Notes: generated by a model not told the origin, from the letters alone. A stretch of DNA of 64,000 nucleotides from an uncultured Acidobacteriota bacterium (GCA_963781995.1 CAWAHR010000001.1:761744-825743); one strand, 5' to 3'; counted from the first letter of the stretch, positions 18,065-28,027 are shown. Translations and numbers: made by a program.

Positions 18065-20857
18065 ATGACCGCGCACAGCCAGTTCGGTCCCTATGAACTG
18101 CGCCGTTCCTCCCGCGAGCTACTCAAATACGGCAGGAAGCTCAAGATTCGCCCGCAGCCGCTGCACGTATTGAGCATTTTGCTGGAGCATCCCGGAGAGG
18201 TTGTCACCCGCGATCAGCTCCGGCAGCAGCTCTGGCCAGCGGATACTTTCGTCGACTTTGAACGGGGCTTGAATACGGCGATTAAGGAGCTTCGGGCTGT
18301 CCTGGACGATTCCGCCGCGGAACCCAGCTACGTTGAAACCATTCCCAAACTGGGATATCGGTTCATCTTCCCGGTAATGGCTTCGGTTGCAGCCTCGCCC
18401 GTGCCTGATCCGACCGAGACACAATCCTCGGGGGCAAACATTGTTTCTGCCTCGGTGCCGAGCGTTCCGCTGCATGTCTCCCGGCGAAGGAATTTGCTTT
18501 GGCTCGTGGCAGCTGCCGTGCTTGTTTGCGGGATCGGGCTCTCGATGTGGCGCATGGGAGTGTTCCGTACTTCCTACGGCGGGCCAACTTACGCAGCGAT
18601 TAAACCGCGTCCCTCCATTGCGGTTCTCGGGTTCAAGAATCTGTCCCGCAAACCCAAAGAAGATTGGATGTCTACGGCGATGGCCGAAATGCTTGGGGCC
18701 GAACTGGCTTCCGGTCAGGAGATCCGCGTGATTCCCAGCGAGAACATCTCTCGCATGCAGCACGATCTTTCACTGGCGCCCACGGAAACTTATGGCCAGG
18801 AAACGCTCGGCAAGATTCACAATCAACTCGGCACGGACATGGTGGTCTCCGGCTCGTTTCTCGCTCTGCCGTCTGGCACAAACATCAAGCTCCGCATCGT
18901 CCTGCAAGTGCAGGACACACGCACCGGCGAAACGGTCGCAGCTTTCACCGAAGATGGCACGGAGTCCGACCTGCCGCAACTCATCTCCGCCGGCGGCGAC
19001 AGTCTACGACAGACATTCCGTGTGGGCGCACTTTCGGCGACGGCGGTGCGTGAAGTGCGCGCTTCCATCCCTGCCAACTCGGAAGCCGAACGGCTCTATG
19101 CCCAGGGCTTGGCGAAGCTCCAATCTTTCGACGCATTGGCGGCCCGCGCTTTGTTGGAGAAGGCTGTGGCCGCCGACCCAAATCACGCGCTCTCTCACTC
19201 GGCGCTTGCGGATGCCTGGTCGCGCCTGGGATACGACGTCAAAGCCCAAGCGGAGGCCAAGAAAGCCATGGACCTATCCACAAATCTCTCGCGCGAGGAT
19301 CGGTTGTCCATTGAAGGACGCTATCAGGAACTCACGCACGATCATCCCGCCGCAGTCGAGGTCTATCGCACACTCCACAATTTTTTCCCCGACAATCTGG
19401 AATACGCACTCCGCTATGCTTCTGAACAAAGTGCAGCGGGACATGCTTCCGACGCTCTGGAGACGGTCGCGGCCATGCGCAGGCTTCCTGATCCGATCGG
19501 CAAGGATGCACGCATTGACCTGGCTGAAGCTTCCGCTGCGGAGCGTCTTGGGGAAATGCGACGCAGTCAGAAGGCAGCGGCCGCCGCCGCGGAGCGCGCC
19601 CAAGCGCTTGGCAGCAACCTGTTACTCGCGAGCGCCTTAAACGCAGACTCCTGGGCCCGGCTGAACCTCGGTGAAATTGACCAGTCCATCGCGGAAGAAA
19701 CCCGGGTTCGCGAGTTGCGAATTGCCGCGGGCGACAATTATGGGGCGGCGGCGGCTCTCCACAGTCTTGGGGATCGACTGAGGTATAAGGGCGACTTTCC
19801 GGCAGCTCGAAAGGCGATGGAAGAGGCGCTGTTGGAATTCCGACGACTTGGCGCGCAATGGGCGATCGCTTCCTGCTCCCACAATCTTGGCATGCTGCTG
19901 ACCAATCAGAATGACCTGCAGCCGGCCAGCGCTTACATCGAAGAAGCGCTGGCGATTCAGCGATTACTGGATGACAAGCGAGGGGTGGCATCGGACCTCG
20001 ATGATTTGAGCAACGTCCTCCTCGGGCTGGGGCAGTTGTCGCGCGCGAAACAGATGAAACTGGAAGCGCTGCAAGATTTTCGCGACCTGGGCGACAAGCG
20101 GGGCGAATCGATAACGCTGCTGAACCTTGGGGAAGTGCTTCTCCAGCAGGGCGATCTTGCAGCCGCGAAGCAAAATTACGAGCAGTCAAAAGCCATCAAG
20201 GAGCAGCTCGGCTTTAAATCGGGAATTGGATATGCGCTCATCGACCTCGCCGTGGTCGCGGCTGAGCAGGACCAATTGGACTCTGCCTGGGCGCTGGCGC
20301 AGCAATCCCTGGAGGTCCGCACACAAAATAAGGAGGGGGTATTTTCCGCGGAATCGGGTGTTCAACTTGCGGTTATTGCCCTGGAACAAGCACGACCTGT
20401 TGAAGCCGAACAATTCGCGCGAAAGGCAATCGGTGTATTCGAGCAAGAAAAAGCTCCAGGGTCCGCGTCGATAGCCTATTCGGCCCTTGCGCGTTCGCTA
20501 GCCGCTCAGGGAAAGTTAGCCGAAGCGCGTGCTTCCGCCTACCGCGCGGTGTCTCTCGCGCAGGAGGGCAGCGACCGTATGATTCGGATGCGAGCGGAGC
20601 TCGCTTTCGCTGAAGTCGGAATTCAATCCGGCCATGCTCGCGAAGCCGCGCGCCAAATTGAGGGTCTCCGGCAACAGGCCAGTCGAGATGGCTACACTGT
20701 ATATGATCTTGAAGCGCGCCTTCTCCTCGCCAAAGCTCAGCTTAAGGCTGGGAATGGCGCCGTAGCCCGTGCCAGCCTGGAAAAGCTCGAGAAGGACGCG
20801 CGCTCCAAGGGCTTTCTTCTGATCGCTCGACAAACAAACGAATTGCTTCATTCTTAA
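18065..20857 (+). CDS. CadC-like winged-helix regulator with TM, TolB-like domain and TPR repeats
   Basis: Trans_reg_C motifs (VVTRDQLRQQLW, YVETIPKLGYRF), TM helix, SIAVLGFKNLS, multiple TPR-like repeats. Confidence 0.85.
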   Translation: MTAHSQFGPYELRRSSRELLKYGRKLKIRPQPLHVLSILLEHPGEVVTRDQLRQQLWPADTFVDFERGLNTAIKELRAVLDDSAAEPSYVETIPKLGYRFIFPVMASVAASPVPDPTETQSSGANIVSASVPSVPLHVSRRRNLLWLVAAAVLVCGIGLSMWRMGVFRTSYGGPTYAAIKPRPSIAVLGFKNLSRKPKEDWMSTAMAEMLGAELASGQEIRVIPSENISRMQHDLSLAPTETYGQETLGKIHNQLGTDMVVSGSFLALPSGTNIKLRIVLQVQDTRTGETVAAFTEDGTESDLPQLISAGGDSLRQTFRVGALSATAVREVRASIPANSEAERLYAQGLAKLQSFDALAARALLEKAVAADPNHALSHSALADAWSRLGYDVKAQAEAKKAMDLSTNLSREDRLSIEGRYQELTHDHPAAVEVYRTLHNFFPDNLEYALRYASEQSAAGHASDALETVAAMRRLPDPIGKDARIDLAEASAAERLGEMRRSQKAAAAAAERAQALGSNLLLASALNADSWARLNLGEIDQSIAEETRVRELRIAAGDNYGAAAALHSLGDRLRYKGDFPAARKAMEEALLEFRRLGAQWAIASCSHNLGMLLTNQNDLQPASAYIEEALAIQRLLDDKRGVASDLDDLSNVLLGLGQLSRAKQMKLEALQDFRDLGDKRGESITLLNLGEVLLQQGDLAAAKQNYEQSKAIKEQLGFKSGIGYALIDLAVVAAEQDQLDSAWALAQQSLEVRTQNKEGVFSAESGVQLAVIALEQARPVEAEQFARKAIGVFEQEKAPGSASIAYSALARSLAAQGKLAEARASAYRAVSLAQEGSDRMIRMRAELAFAEVGIQSGHAREAARQIEGLRQQASRDGYTVYDLEARLLLAKAQLKAGNGAVARASLEKLEKDARSKGFLLIARQTNELLHS

Positions 20858-21014
20858 CTGCGATACAGTCAGGGCTCCCGTTACTGGATGCAAGGAGGCC
20901 AACTCGCGATCGCGTCTCTGCCGTTGCCGCCACATGCCGCTTGTCGGCGGGGTAGGCATGGGATTCTGATACAGCCGTCGAAGCATCATCGATACGCGCT
21001 TCGCGATAGACGCT

Positions 21015-21037
21015 TAAGTCCTGATTAACGACTTACC
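21015..21037 (+). repeat. TAAGTC...GACTTA palindromic motif, directly repeated at 22991-23014
   Basis: taagtcctgattaacgacttacc versus taagtcttgattaacgcggttacc. Confidence 0.55.
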
Positions 21038-21329
21038 AGTAGTTGATCGTCAGTTACCGCGCATCGAAATCCGAAACGCAGCCGATTCTGACGCGATCAG
21101 CTGGCCCGGCTTTCACTCGCTGGCAAGAGGAGGGTGATCCACGTCACCGCTTTAATCGTCGCAATTATGATAACGAATAAGTGCTTGCCTCCCTCAAGAG
21201 CTACTCCCCTTGCGGACGCAACTCCCCCCGAGACAAGTGAGCTTCCCCAGGATCATTTAGAGCAAAAGTGTGGCGTTTTGAGATCAAGGGAAGTTTTCCG
21301 TCCAAATTGCCCGCTAAGAGGGGAGGCTG

Positions 21330-21767
21330 GTGTTCAAAGATTCCCAATCCAAGCAGCATCGCCCATTCGTCAAGGTTTCACTTCTTTTGTTTGTTTTCGT
21401 AATCGCGTTGCTGCTTACGGTTTCTTTGAGCGCCGCCCAGGAGTCTCCGGCTGCTGCCACGCAGGGAAAAGATGCCGGGAGCGCAGTGAATCTTGTAAAC
21501 GGACGCCGGGTCAGCATGCAGGTGCCTGCCGGCCATCACGTAATCACGACGAAAGACAAAGTGAGCGGCGCTGAGATCGATATCGAACCGGGAGCGAGCT
21601 ATTACATCCGAGCAAGCTGGGGTGAAGAAACCCTGTCAGGTTCAACCCATCAACTCGTCACATTGGTGATGAAGGAACAGGCTGTCTACGAAATGCGACA
21701 ACTGAAGCCTTTGGACGAAAAGGACATCAGCTGGCCTCCCCCGAGCAAGCTGGTACCCGAGAAATGA
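21330..21767 (+). CDS. Secreted hypothetical protein (short, DUF2846-like)
   Basis: Signal peptide; IDIEPGASYYIRAS...EMRQLKPL tail typical of that family. Confidence 0.5.
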   Translation: MFKDSQSKQHRPFVKVSLLLFVFVIALLLTVSLSAAQESPAAATQGKDAGSAVNLVNGRRVSMQVPAGHHVITTKDKVSGAEIDIEPGASYYIRASWGEETLSGSTHQLVTLVMKEQAVYEMRQLKPLDEKDISWPPPSKLVPEK

Positions 21768-21916
21768 TAGCGGATTTAGAGGAGCTCAGCGTAACTCAAA
21801 GTTAGTCAGTACAGATTGGGTCGCTACGGCGACGAGGAAGCTTCGAAGCGAGGGACCCGGCACGGAACAAATTGCCAGAGTCTCCGCCGGTACCGGAAGA
21901 AAGGAGTAGATGGAAC

Positions 21917-22432
21917 ATGAAAACTGTCATTCTGATCGTAGGGCCAATCTTGTGCTTTGCAATATCCGCGCAAGCACAATCAACGGATAAACCAGGGGTG
22001 GAACTGTTCGGCGGTCCATCCATTATGCGCAATGGCGTCAGTGCCTCAAGTTATTCAGTGTACGGCGGCTGGCAGGCCCAGGCTGATTTCAATTTTCTCA
22101 ACCATGTTGGACTCACGACTGACTTCGGTGGACAGTATCGCAGCATTCACGGCCAGATGATTTCCCAGTACGAATACCTGTTCGGCCCGCGTTTCATGAT
22201 CCGCTGGAGCCCGGCAACCTTATTTGCGCATGCATTGATTGGCGCAAATACTCTGCACGTGTCAGGCGCATCCACAAACGGGTTCGCCTGGGGAGTAGGT
22301 GGGGGAGTTGACTACAACGTGAACCGCCGGGTCGCAATCCGTCTCATTCAGGCCGACTACCTCCGAACGCGGGTGAGTAACGCCTGGTTTAATGACGCAA
22401 GGATAGGAGTTGGCGTCGTTGTGAAATTCTGA
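21917..22432 (+). CDS. Outer-membrane beta-barrel protein
   Basis: Signal peptide, amphipathic strands (YEYLFGPRF, FAWGVGGGVDY), C-terminal Phe; AGGAG RBS. Confidence 0.8.
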   Translation: MKTVILIVGPILCFAISAQAQSTDKPGVELFGGPSIMRNGVSASSYSVYGGWQAQADFNFLNHVGLTTDFGGQYRSIHGQMISQYEYLFGPRFMIRWSPATLFAHALIGANTLHVSGASTNGFAWGVGGGVDYNVNRRVAIRLIQADYLRTRVSNAWFNDARIGVGVVVKF

Positions 22433-22465
22433 GAAGGAAGGTTCGAGCAAGACTGTCATCCTACG

Positions 22466-22972
22466 ATGAGAATAGAACTCAAACCTCAGACCCGTTACAA
22501 GGCATTTTGGATTGCCGTTTTCGGGTTTTTTCTTCCAATCCTTCTTGGGCTACTCTTCCGCTTCTACTATCTACTCCGGGGACAGCCAGTCACGGCGAAT
22601 GAATTGGCTTGGACTTTTTACCCTAACACTATGATGGTCATGCTACGCAGTTTTCTAATTGCAGACTTCCCGTTCATGATCGCCTGGGTGATCGCACGAC
22701 GCCTACTTCGGCTGGAACCTACATCTACTGCAACGACTCGGGTCGCGAGTGTCGTGGGAATGGTAATCGGAACCTCCATTTCTTCAATCGCATTATATTG
22801 TGAGGTGTGGAGGTCGCATTATTGGGAGGACTTCTTTTTTATGGACGGCACCCTTGTGTCACTCCCCATTACTTTGACGGGCATGATCCTCGGTCTCGGC
22901 CTGGGCTGGATTGTGGGACGACTGCTCCAAAGCAGGGAAAATCAGAGATTGCGATCCCAACCCTCACACTGA
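22466..22972 (+). CDS. Hypothetical membrane protein
   Basis: Four hydrophobic segments; no recognisable motif. Confidence 0.6.
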   Translation: MRIELKPQTRYKAFWIAVFGFFLPILLGLLFRFYYLLRGQPVTANELAWTFYPNTMMVMLRSFLIADFPFMIAWVIARRLLRLEPTSTATTRVASVVGMVIGTSISSIALYCEVWRSHYWEDFFFMDGTLVSLPITLTGMILGLGLGWIVGRLLQSRENQRLRSQPSH

Positions 22973-23380
22973 GAAATGCGAACAGTCCACTAAGTCTTGA
23001 TTAACGCGGTTACCGGACAAGCGAGTACTGGAATCTACTCTTGTTCTGACATCTCTGCGATGCCGTGCCGTACTCGGATTCGCTCGACATTCTTTTCGGC
23101 ATCTCGGCGTTCCTGCCAAGGAGAAGGCGATCCAGTGAGGTACGGTTTACGTTGAAGCAGTAAAAGGGGCGCTTGTGAGGTTACCGAGCGCCTCTTTCTT
23201 TCTCCCGCCTTTCCGAATTCCATGTGATTTCAACAATTGATTCAACGTCTTATCCCTGACCAGTGTTTAATTGACGCGGTGATCCGGAACTGGTCCATAA
23301 CAGGTGAGTGGGATTCATGGATTGTCAGGGTGGAGGGTTTTCGGATATTGTGCAGGATTCTGGTTGCACGGAGAGAGCCG

Positions 23381-23971
23381 GTGAAGAGGAAAATACTGTT
23401 CGCGGGTGTGCTGATTTTGTTGGCGGCGCTTTTTGGGGCGGAAGGTTTGCGGGCGCAGGGTTCGCCGGAGAATTCGAGCCGGGAATGCCAGATTTGGACG
23501 GGCGGAGGGCACGGGATTAACGGGAGCACGTCGGAAACGGGCGTGTGGAACCTGGGATTGCGGTACGGACTGATTTTGACTAGTCCCCACGGGCCGGGAT
23601 TTTTGAAGGGGCAGTTGGAGTATGCGTTTGATGTGGTGCCCGCGTGGGCGATCGTGCAAAAGAACAGTACGGCGTATGGCGGGGGAGTGAATCCGTTCGC
23701 GTTCAAGTGGATATTGTCGCAGCCGAAGAAGGTGAAGCCGTATTTCGAGATCGAGGGCGGGACGCTGTTTACGAATGTGAAGGTGCCGGACAATATTTCG
23801 CAGATTAATTTCACCACCAGCGGGGCGTTGGGAATGCATATTTTGGGGGAGAAACACAATTGGAGCGCGGAAGTGCGGTTCATGCATATTTCGAATGCGG
23901 GGATGACCACGCCGAATCCGGGGATCAATACGGTGCAGGTGCGGATTGGGTGGGGGATTTTTCGAAAGTGA
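23381..23971 (+). CDS. Acyloxyacyl hydrolase/PagL-like lipid A 3-O-deacylase
   Basis: Signal peptide from GTG 23381; C-terminal RFMHISNAG...NPGINT motif. Confidence 0.8.
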   Translation: MKRKILFAGVLILLAALFGAEGLRAQGSPENSSRECQIWTGGGHGINGSTSETGVWNLGLRYGLILTSPHGPGFLKGQLEYAFDVVPAWAIVQKNSTAYGGGVNPFAFKWILSQPKKVKPYFEIEGGTLFTNVKVPDNISQINFTTSGALGMHILGEKHNWSAEVRFMHISNAGMTTPNPGINTVQVRIGWGIFRK

Positions 23972-24090
23972 AGTGGTGGCTGGTAAATAGTGATTGGCGA
24001 AGAACGTTACCTGCCCAGGGAAATGTGACTTGGTGCTGCCGGGTACTGCGCTTTTATGCTCTCAAACTGAAAATTGCGAGGAGATTTGAG

Positions 24091-24135
24091 GTTGAGATCC
24101 TTCGCGCATCCTCGTCGGATGCGCTCAGGATGACA
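24091..24135 (+). repeat. TGTC-tagged palindromic repeat, copy 1 of 9
   Basis: gttgagatccttc-gcgcatcc-tcgtc-ggatgcgc-tcaggatgaca. Other copies at 26488, 28028, 30419, 32900, 32971, 35614, 49009 and 49078. Confidence 0.9.
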
Positions 24136-24151
24136 AGCCTCCTTGATGGGG

Positions 24152-25195
24152 TCAATGGGCGGCCGGGGATTGGTGGGAGTTTAGGAAATCTTTCACGGCT
24201 TGGGGCATGAAGTTGGCGGTACTGAAAGCGTGGGGCAGGGCGGCTTCGAAGGTAGTGGCGCGATAGTGGCCGAGGCCGTCGGTGATGATCAAGGCGATGG
24301 GAGATTTTCCGGCTTCGTGATTGAAGCTGCTGGATTCGAAGCCGTACTGGCGATCGCGGTAGTTGACGACGGGCCACTGGCCTTTTTCTCCGACGACAAC
24401 AATGGCACGCAGGAAGTAGTCGCGCTCGGTGGCGGCTTGCTGGAGGAGTCCGCCGATGGGGAAGCGATAGTGGAAAGCGGCATCGTCGCTGCCACCCGCG
24501 CGATAAATTTTTCCGGAATACGAGAGGCCCGCGGCGCCGGTGTGGCGCGTAGTGGTGAAGAGAATGACGCCGCCGAGGCGCGCTTCAGTGGCGGATTGCG
24601 TGAGCTGCGCGAGTTCGCCGGGAGAGATGGAGAGGGAATCGGGGGTGGCGGCGGGGAATTTGTCTTCGTCGACGAGTTGATCGGCGAAGCGGGTGACGCG
24701 AACGGAGTGATCGGAAGATTGGCCGCAGACGATCAGCAGGTGAGCGTAGTCGGTGACCGCGTGCTGATAGTCGCGACAGTCGCCACAGCTTCCGCTGAGG
24801 CCGCAGCGCTGGGAAAAGAAGGCGACGAAGCGGACGGCGTGGCGCGTGGCGTCGGCGCCATAGAGCGTGGTGACGTGATTGAGCAACGAGGATTCGCCAT
24901 GGATGGCTTCGGGGATTTCGTATTCGGTGTTGCCGCCGAGGACGACGTGGTCCTCATTGTTGAGCGTGACGACGGTGGCGGCGCGGACCTTGAAGTGCGA
25001 GATGGACGGATCGGTTCCGGCGTTTTCCGCGGCATCGAGCGCGCGGAAGATTTGCGCGCGAAGAGCGGCGTCGGGGACCAGCGCTTCGGATTCGGACGTG
25101 AGGTGCCAGGACGCCGCGGACGGCGGCGTGGAGGCAGCTAAAGCGGCGAGGATGGCGACGAAAAAAAGAATGCCTGAAGCGATGTAGCGGCTCAT
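24152..25195 (-). CDS. Two-domain cytidine deaminase-like protein with an N-terminal signal peptide
   Basis: FKVRAAT, GGNTEY, IHGES (HxE), SCGDCRD (PCxxC-like); degenerate second domain; N-terminus MSRYIASGILFFVAILAALAA. Confidence 0.75.
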   Translation of the reverse strand: MSRYIASGILFFVAILAALAASTPPSAASWHLTSESEALVPDAALRAQIFRALDAAENAGTDPSISHFKVRAATVVTLNNEDHVVLGGNTEYEIPEAIHGESSLLNHVTTLYGADATRHAVRFVAFFSQRCGLSGSCGDCRDYQHAVTDYAHLLIVCGQSSDHSVRVTRFADQLVDEDKFPAATPDSLSISPGELAQLTQSATEARLGGVILFTTTRHTGAAGLSYSGKIYRAGGSDDAAFHYRFPIGGLLQQAATERDYFLRAIVVVGEKGQWPVVNYRDRQYGFESSSFNHEAGKSPIALIITDGLGHYRATTFEAALPHAFSTANFMPQAVKDFLNSHQSPAAH

Positions 25196-25208
25196 GTTGT
25201 CGGCCTTT

Positions 25209-26342
25209 CTAGGCGGCGGATGTGAGACGCGCCAGAAGCAGGCGGAAGAATTTGTCGGGATCGACTTCAACAGCGACTTTGCAATTGGGTTTGAATTCCA
25301 CTTCGGGCGATTCAGGGGCGGGCAGGCCGGTTTCGAGCGGCGGGGAGCGGCGAATGGGTCCGTGGGTGTAGCCGACGGTTTCGCCCGCAGTGATTTCTCC
25401 GGAGGTTTCAATTTCCACAAAATAGTCTTTCAGGGTGACGACAGAGGGATCGATGAGTTGCGCGACGGTGAGCGGATCGTGCATGGCGAAGCCGGCGACG
25501 GCGCTGGTCTTGCTCAAGCGATTGAAATTGGCGCGCAGGATTTTTCCGGCAGCCTGGCTGACGGGATTTTGCGCGGCTTCCAATGCGCGTACCTGTTCAT
25601 CGTGGATGACGACTTTGCGGGTGACGTCGAGGCCGACCATGGTGAGAGGGACGCCGGCATCGAAGACGATGCGCGCGGCTTCGGGATCGACGTAGATATT
25701 AAATTCCGCGGCGGGAGTGACGTTGCCGCCGCTGAGCGAGCCGCCCATGATGACGATGGATTTGATCAAAGGGGCGATGGTGGGATCGGACTTGAGGACG
25801 GTGGCGACATTGGTAAGCGGGCCAATGGCGACGATGGAAATTTCGCCGGGATTGGCGCGGACAATGCGGCAGATGAGTTCGGTGGCGGTTTCGGCGACCG
25901 GCTTGGTCTTGGGCTCGGGAAAATCCACGCCGCCGAGGCCGTTGCTGCCATGGGCGTATTTGGCGGTGACCAAGCGGCGAACGAGTGGAGTGGCGGCGCC
26001 GGCAGCAACCGGAATGTCGGAACGGCCGGCAATTTCGAGAAGGCGGAGGGCGTTGGGGAGAGTGAGGGAGAGGGGAACGTTGCCGGAGACGGGGGTGACG
26101 GCTTCGACTTTAAGTTCCGGGGAGCGCAGGGTCAGGAAGAAGGCGATGGCGTCGTCCACGCCGGGATCGGTGTCGAGAATGATGCGCTGGGGCTTAGAGG
26201 GATTTGGAAAAAAGGCGCTCGCGGAGTTTTTGTTGGTTGCGAAGAGCGACGCGGGGAAGGTGGGAAGAGCGCCGGCGGCCAGGGTTACGGCGGAGGTGCG
26301 GAGAAAATCTCTGCGGTTACGGAAAAAAGGATTGGAGCGCAT
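25209..26342 (-). CDS. IU-type nucleoside hydrolase with a twin-arginine signal
   Basis: ILDTDPGVDDAIA, HGSNGLG, AEFNIYVDPEAA, MHDPLT; N-terminal RRDFLRTSA. Confidence 0.9.
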   Translation of the reverse strand: MRSNPFFRNRRDFLRTSAVTLAAGALPTFPASLFATNKNSASAFFPNPSKPQRIILDTDPGVDDAIAFFLTLRSPELKVEAVTPVSGNVPLSLTLPNALRLLEIAGRSDIPVAAGAATPLVRRLVTAKYAHGSNGLGGVDFPEPKTKPVAETATELICRIVRANPGEISIVAIGPLTNVATVLKSDPTIAPLIKSIVIMGGSLSGGNVTPAAEFNIYVDPEAARIVFDAGVPLTMVGLDVTRKVVIHDEQVRALEAAQNPVSQAAGKILRANFNRLSKTSAVAGFAMHDPLTVAQLIDPSVVTLKDYFVEIETSGEITAGETVGYTHGPIRRSPPLETGLPAPESPEVEFKPNCKVAVEVDPDKFFRLLLARLTSAA

Positions 26343-26487
26343 CGGGAGCCTCGGATGAAAAATGAATTCGAGTTAGACGTTAGCTTATTAGGAGAGGGGC
26401 TGCAATACGGTGAAGAGTAAGGAGCGTCCCGGGAAGAGCACCAGGGCGAACAATTGCACGGATTCGGGAATTGCAAAGGGGTTGCGG

Positions 26488-26530
26488 TGAGGTCCTTCGC
26501 GCATCCCCGCCGGATGCGCTCAGGACGACA
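26488..26530 (+). repeat. TGTC-tagged palindromic repeat
   Basis: tgaggtccttc-gcgcatcc-ccgcc-ggatgcgc-tcaggacgaca. Confidence 0.85.
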
Positions 26531-26619
26531 AATTTTGGGAACGAATAGCGGCCAGAATTACGCGGAGGATTTGGGAAACAGATGCGATGAAGTTGCGGGA
26601 CGGAGGCCGGAGAGAGCGA

Positions 26620-26648
26620 TTGACAGTGGGGCGGGAGAACTCTAGAGT
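26620..26648 (+). promoter_or_regulatory. Sigma70 promoter of the NCS2 permease
   Basis: TTGACA (26620-26625), 17 nt spacer, TAGAGT (26643-26648). Confidence 0.65.
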
Positions 26649-26663
26649 GGCGGCTCATTCGGA

Positions 26664-27974
26664 GTGAAGGAGAGCGCGTTGCTCGAGCGAATTTTCAGGT
26701 TGCAGGAAAATCAGACGACGTTGCGGCGGGAGATGCTGGGCGGGCTGACTACGTTCATCACGATGGCGTACATCATTGTGGTGAACCCGCAGATATTGTC
26801 GCAAGCGGGGATGCCTGCGGAAGGCGTGGTGTTTGCGACGTGCCTGGCGGCGGCGGTGGCGACGCTGGTGATGGGGCTGTATGCGAATTATCCGATCGCG
26901 CTGGCTCCGGGGATGTCGCTGAACGCGTATTTCACGTACACGGTTTGCATCGGGATGCATGTGCCGTGGCAGACGGCGCTGGGGGCGGTGTTTTTTTCCG
27001 GCGTGCTGTTCGTGCTGCTGACGGTGACGCGGGTGCGGGAGCAGATCGTGAACGGGATTCCGCTGGGGTTGAAGCACGCGACGGCGGGCGGGATCGGGAT
27101 GTTCATCGCGTTTGTGGGATTGCGGAGCGCGAAGCTGGTGGTGGCGAATCCGGCGACGTTTGTGAGCCTGGGAAATTTCGCGGACCCTTCGGTGCAGGCG
27201 GCCTGCGTGGGGATTTTGCTGACGCTGGCGCTGATGGTGCGGCGGGTGAACGGGGCCATCCTGCTGGGGATTTTGGGGACGGCGGTGTTTGGGATATTTC
27301 GCGGGCTGGCGCACTTACCGGAACATTGGGTGGCATGGCCGCATGCGTCGTCTACATTTTTGAAGATGGATTTGCGCGGGGCGCTGCATTTGGGATTGCT
27401 GGAGATTATCTTCATTTTTCTGTTTGTGGATCTGTTCGACAACGTGGGAACGATGGTGGGGGTTTGCGAGCAGGGCGGGTTCGTGAAGGACGGAAAAATA
27501 CCGCGGGTAGGGCGGATGCTGCTGGCGGATGGGATCGGAACGATTTTTGGGGCTATGACGGGGACATCGACGGTGACGAGTTATATCGAAAGCGCGGCGG
27601 GTGTGGCGGCCGGGGCGCGGACCGGATTGAGCAACGTGATGGTGGCGGGGCTGTTTCTGGCGGCAATGTTTTTTTCACCGGTGGCGGCGGCGATTCCGGC
27701 GTTCGCGACGGCGCCGGCGCTGGTCCTGGTGGGCGCGCTGATGACGGAATCGATTGCGCAGGTGGAGTGGAAGGAATTCAGCGAGGCGTTTCCGGCGTTT
27801 GTGACGCTGGTGGCGACGCCGCTGACGTTCAGCATTGCGACGGGATTGAGCTTGGGAGTGATTTCGTACACGGCGGCGAAGGTGGCGGCGGGGAAGTGGA
27901 GAGAGGTCAGCGTGTTGCTGTGGATTTTGACCGGGTTGTTTGTGGTTAGGTATGCGGTGCTGGCGGCGGAGTGA
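26664..27974 (+). CDS. NCS2/AzgA-family nucleobase permease
   Basis: GLTTFITMAYIIVVNPQIL, ALAPGMSLNAYF, DLFDNVGT, TSYIESAAGV..GARTGL. Confidence 0.92.
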   Translation: MKESALLERIFRLQENQTTLRREMLGGLTTFITMAYIIVVNPQILSQAGMPAEGVVFATCLAAAVATLVMGLYANYPIALAPGMSLNAYFTYTVCIGMHVPWQTALGAVFFSGVLFVLLTVTRVREQIVNGIPLGLKHATAGGIGMFIAFVGLRSAKLVVANPATFVSLGNFADPSVQAACVGILLTLALMVRRVNGAILLGILGTAVFGIFRGLAHLPEHWVAWPHASSTFLKMDLRGALHLGLLEIIFIFLFVDLFDNVGTMVGVCEQGGFVKDGKIPRVGRMLLADGIGTIFGAMTGTSTVTSYIESAAGVAAGARTGLSNVMVAGLFLAAMFFSPVAAAIPAFATAPALVLVGALMTESIAQVEWKEFSEAFPAFVTLVATPLTFSIATGLSLGVISYTAAKVAAGKWREVSVLLWILTGLFVVRYAVLAAE

Positions 27975-28027
27975 GGAGTGGTGACTGGTGGGGGGCTTCG
28001 ATTTTTGGTGAGCGGCAAGACGCGGGG

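Noticed and set aside
23035-23223. 62 aa ORF between the cassette and the PagL-like gene
   Set aside because: No RBS or recognisable motif; it may be a remnant but I cannot support a call.
25196-25420. N-terminal extension of the deaminase ORF to 25420
   Set aside because: It overlaps the nucleoside hydrolase 3' end in another frame; the ATG at 25195 gives a clean signal peptide.
25194-26420. Long antisense ORFs such as 25194-26420, 45034-46005, 47555-48646 and 50917-52137 (+)
   Set aside because: They are shadow frames of recognisable genes on the other strand, expected at this GC content.
26530-26663. Purine riboswitch upstream of the NCS2 permease
   Set aside because: The predicted promoter ends 15 nt before the start codon, leaving no room, and no aptamer consensus is visible.
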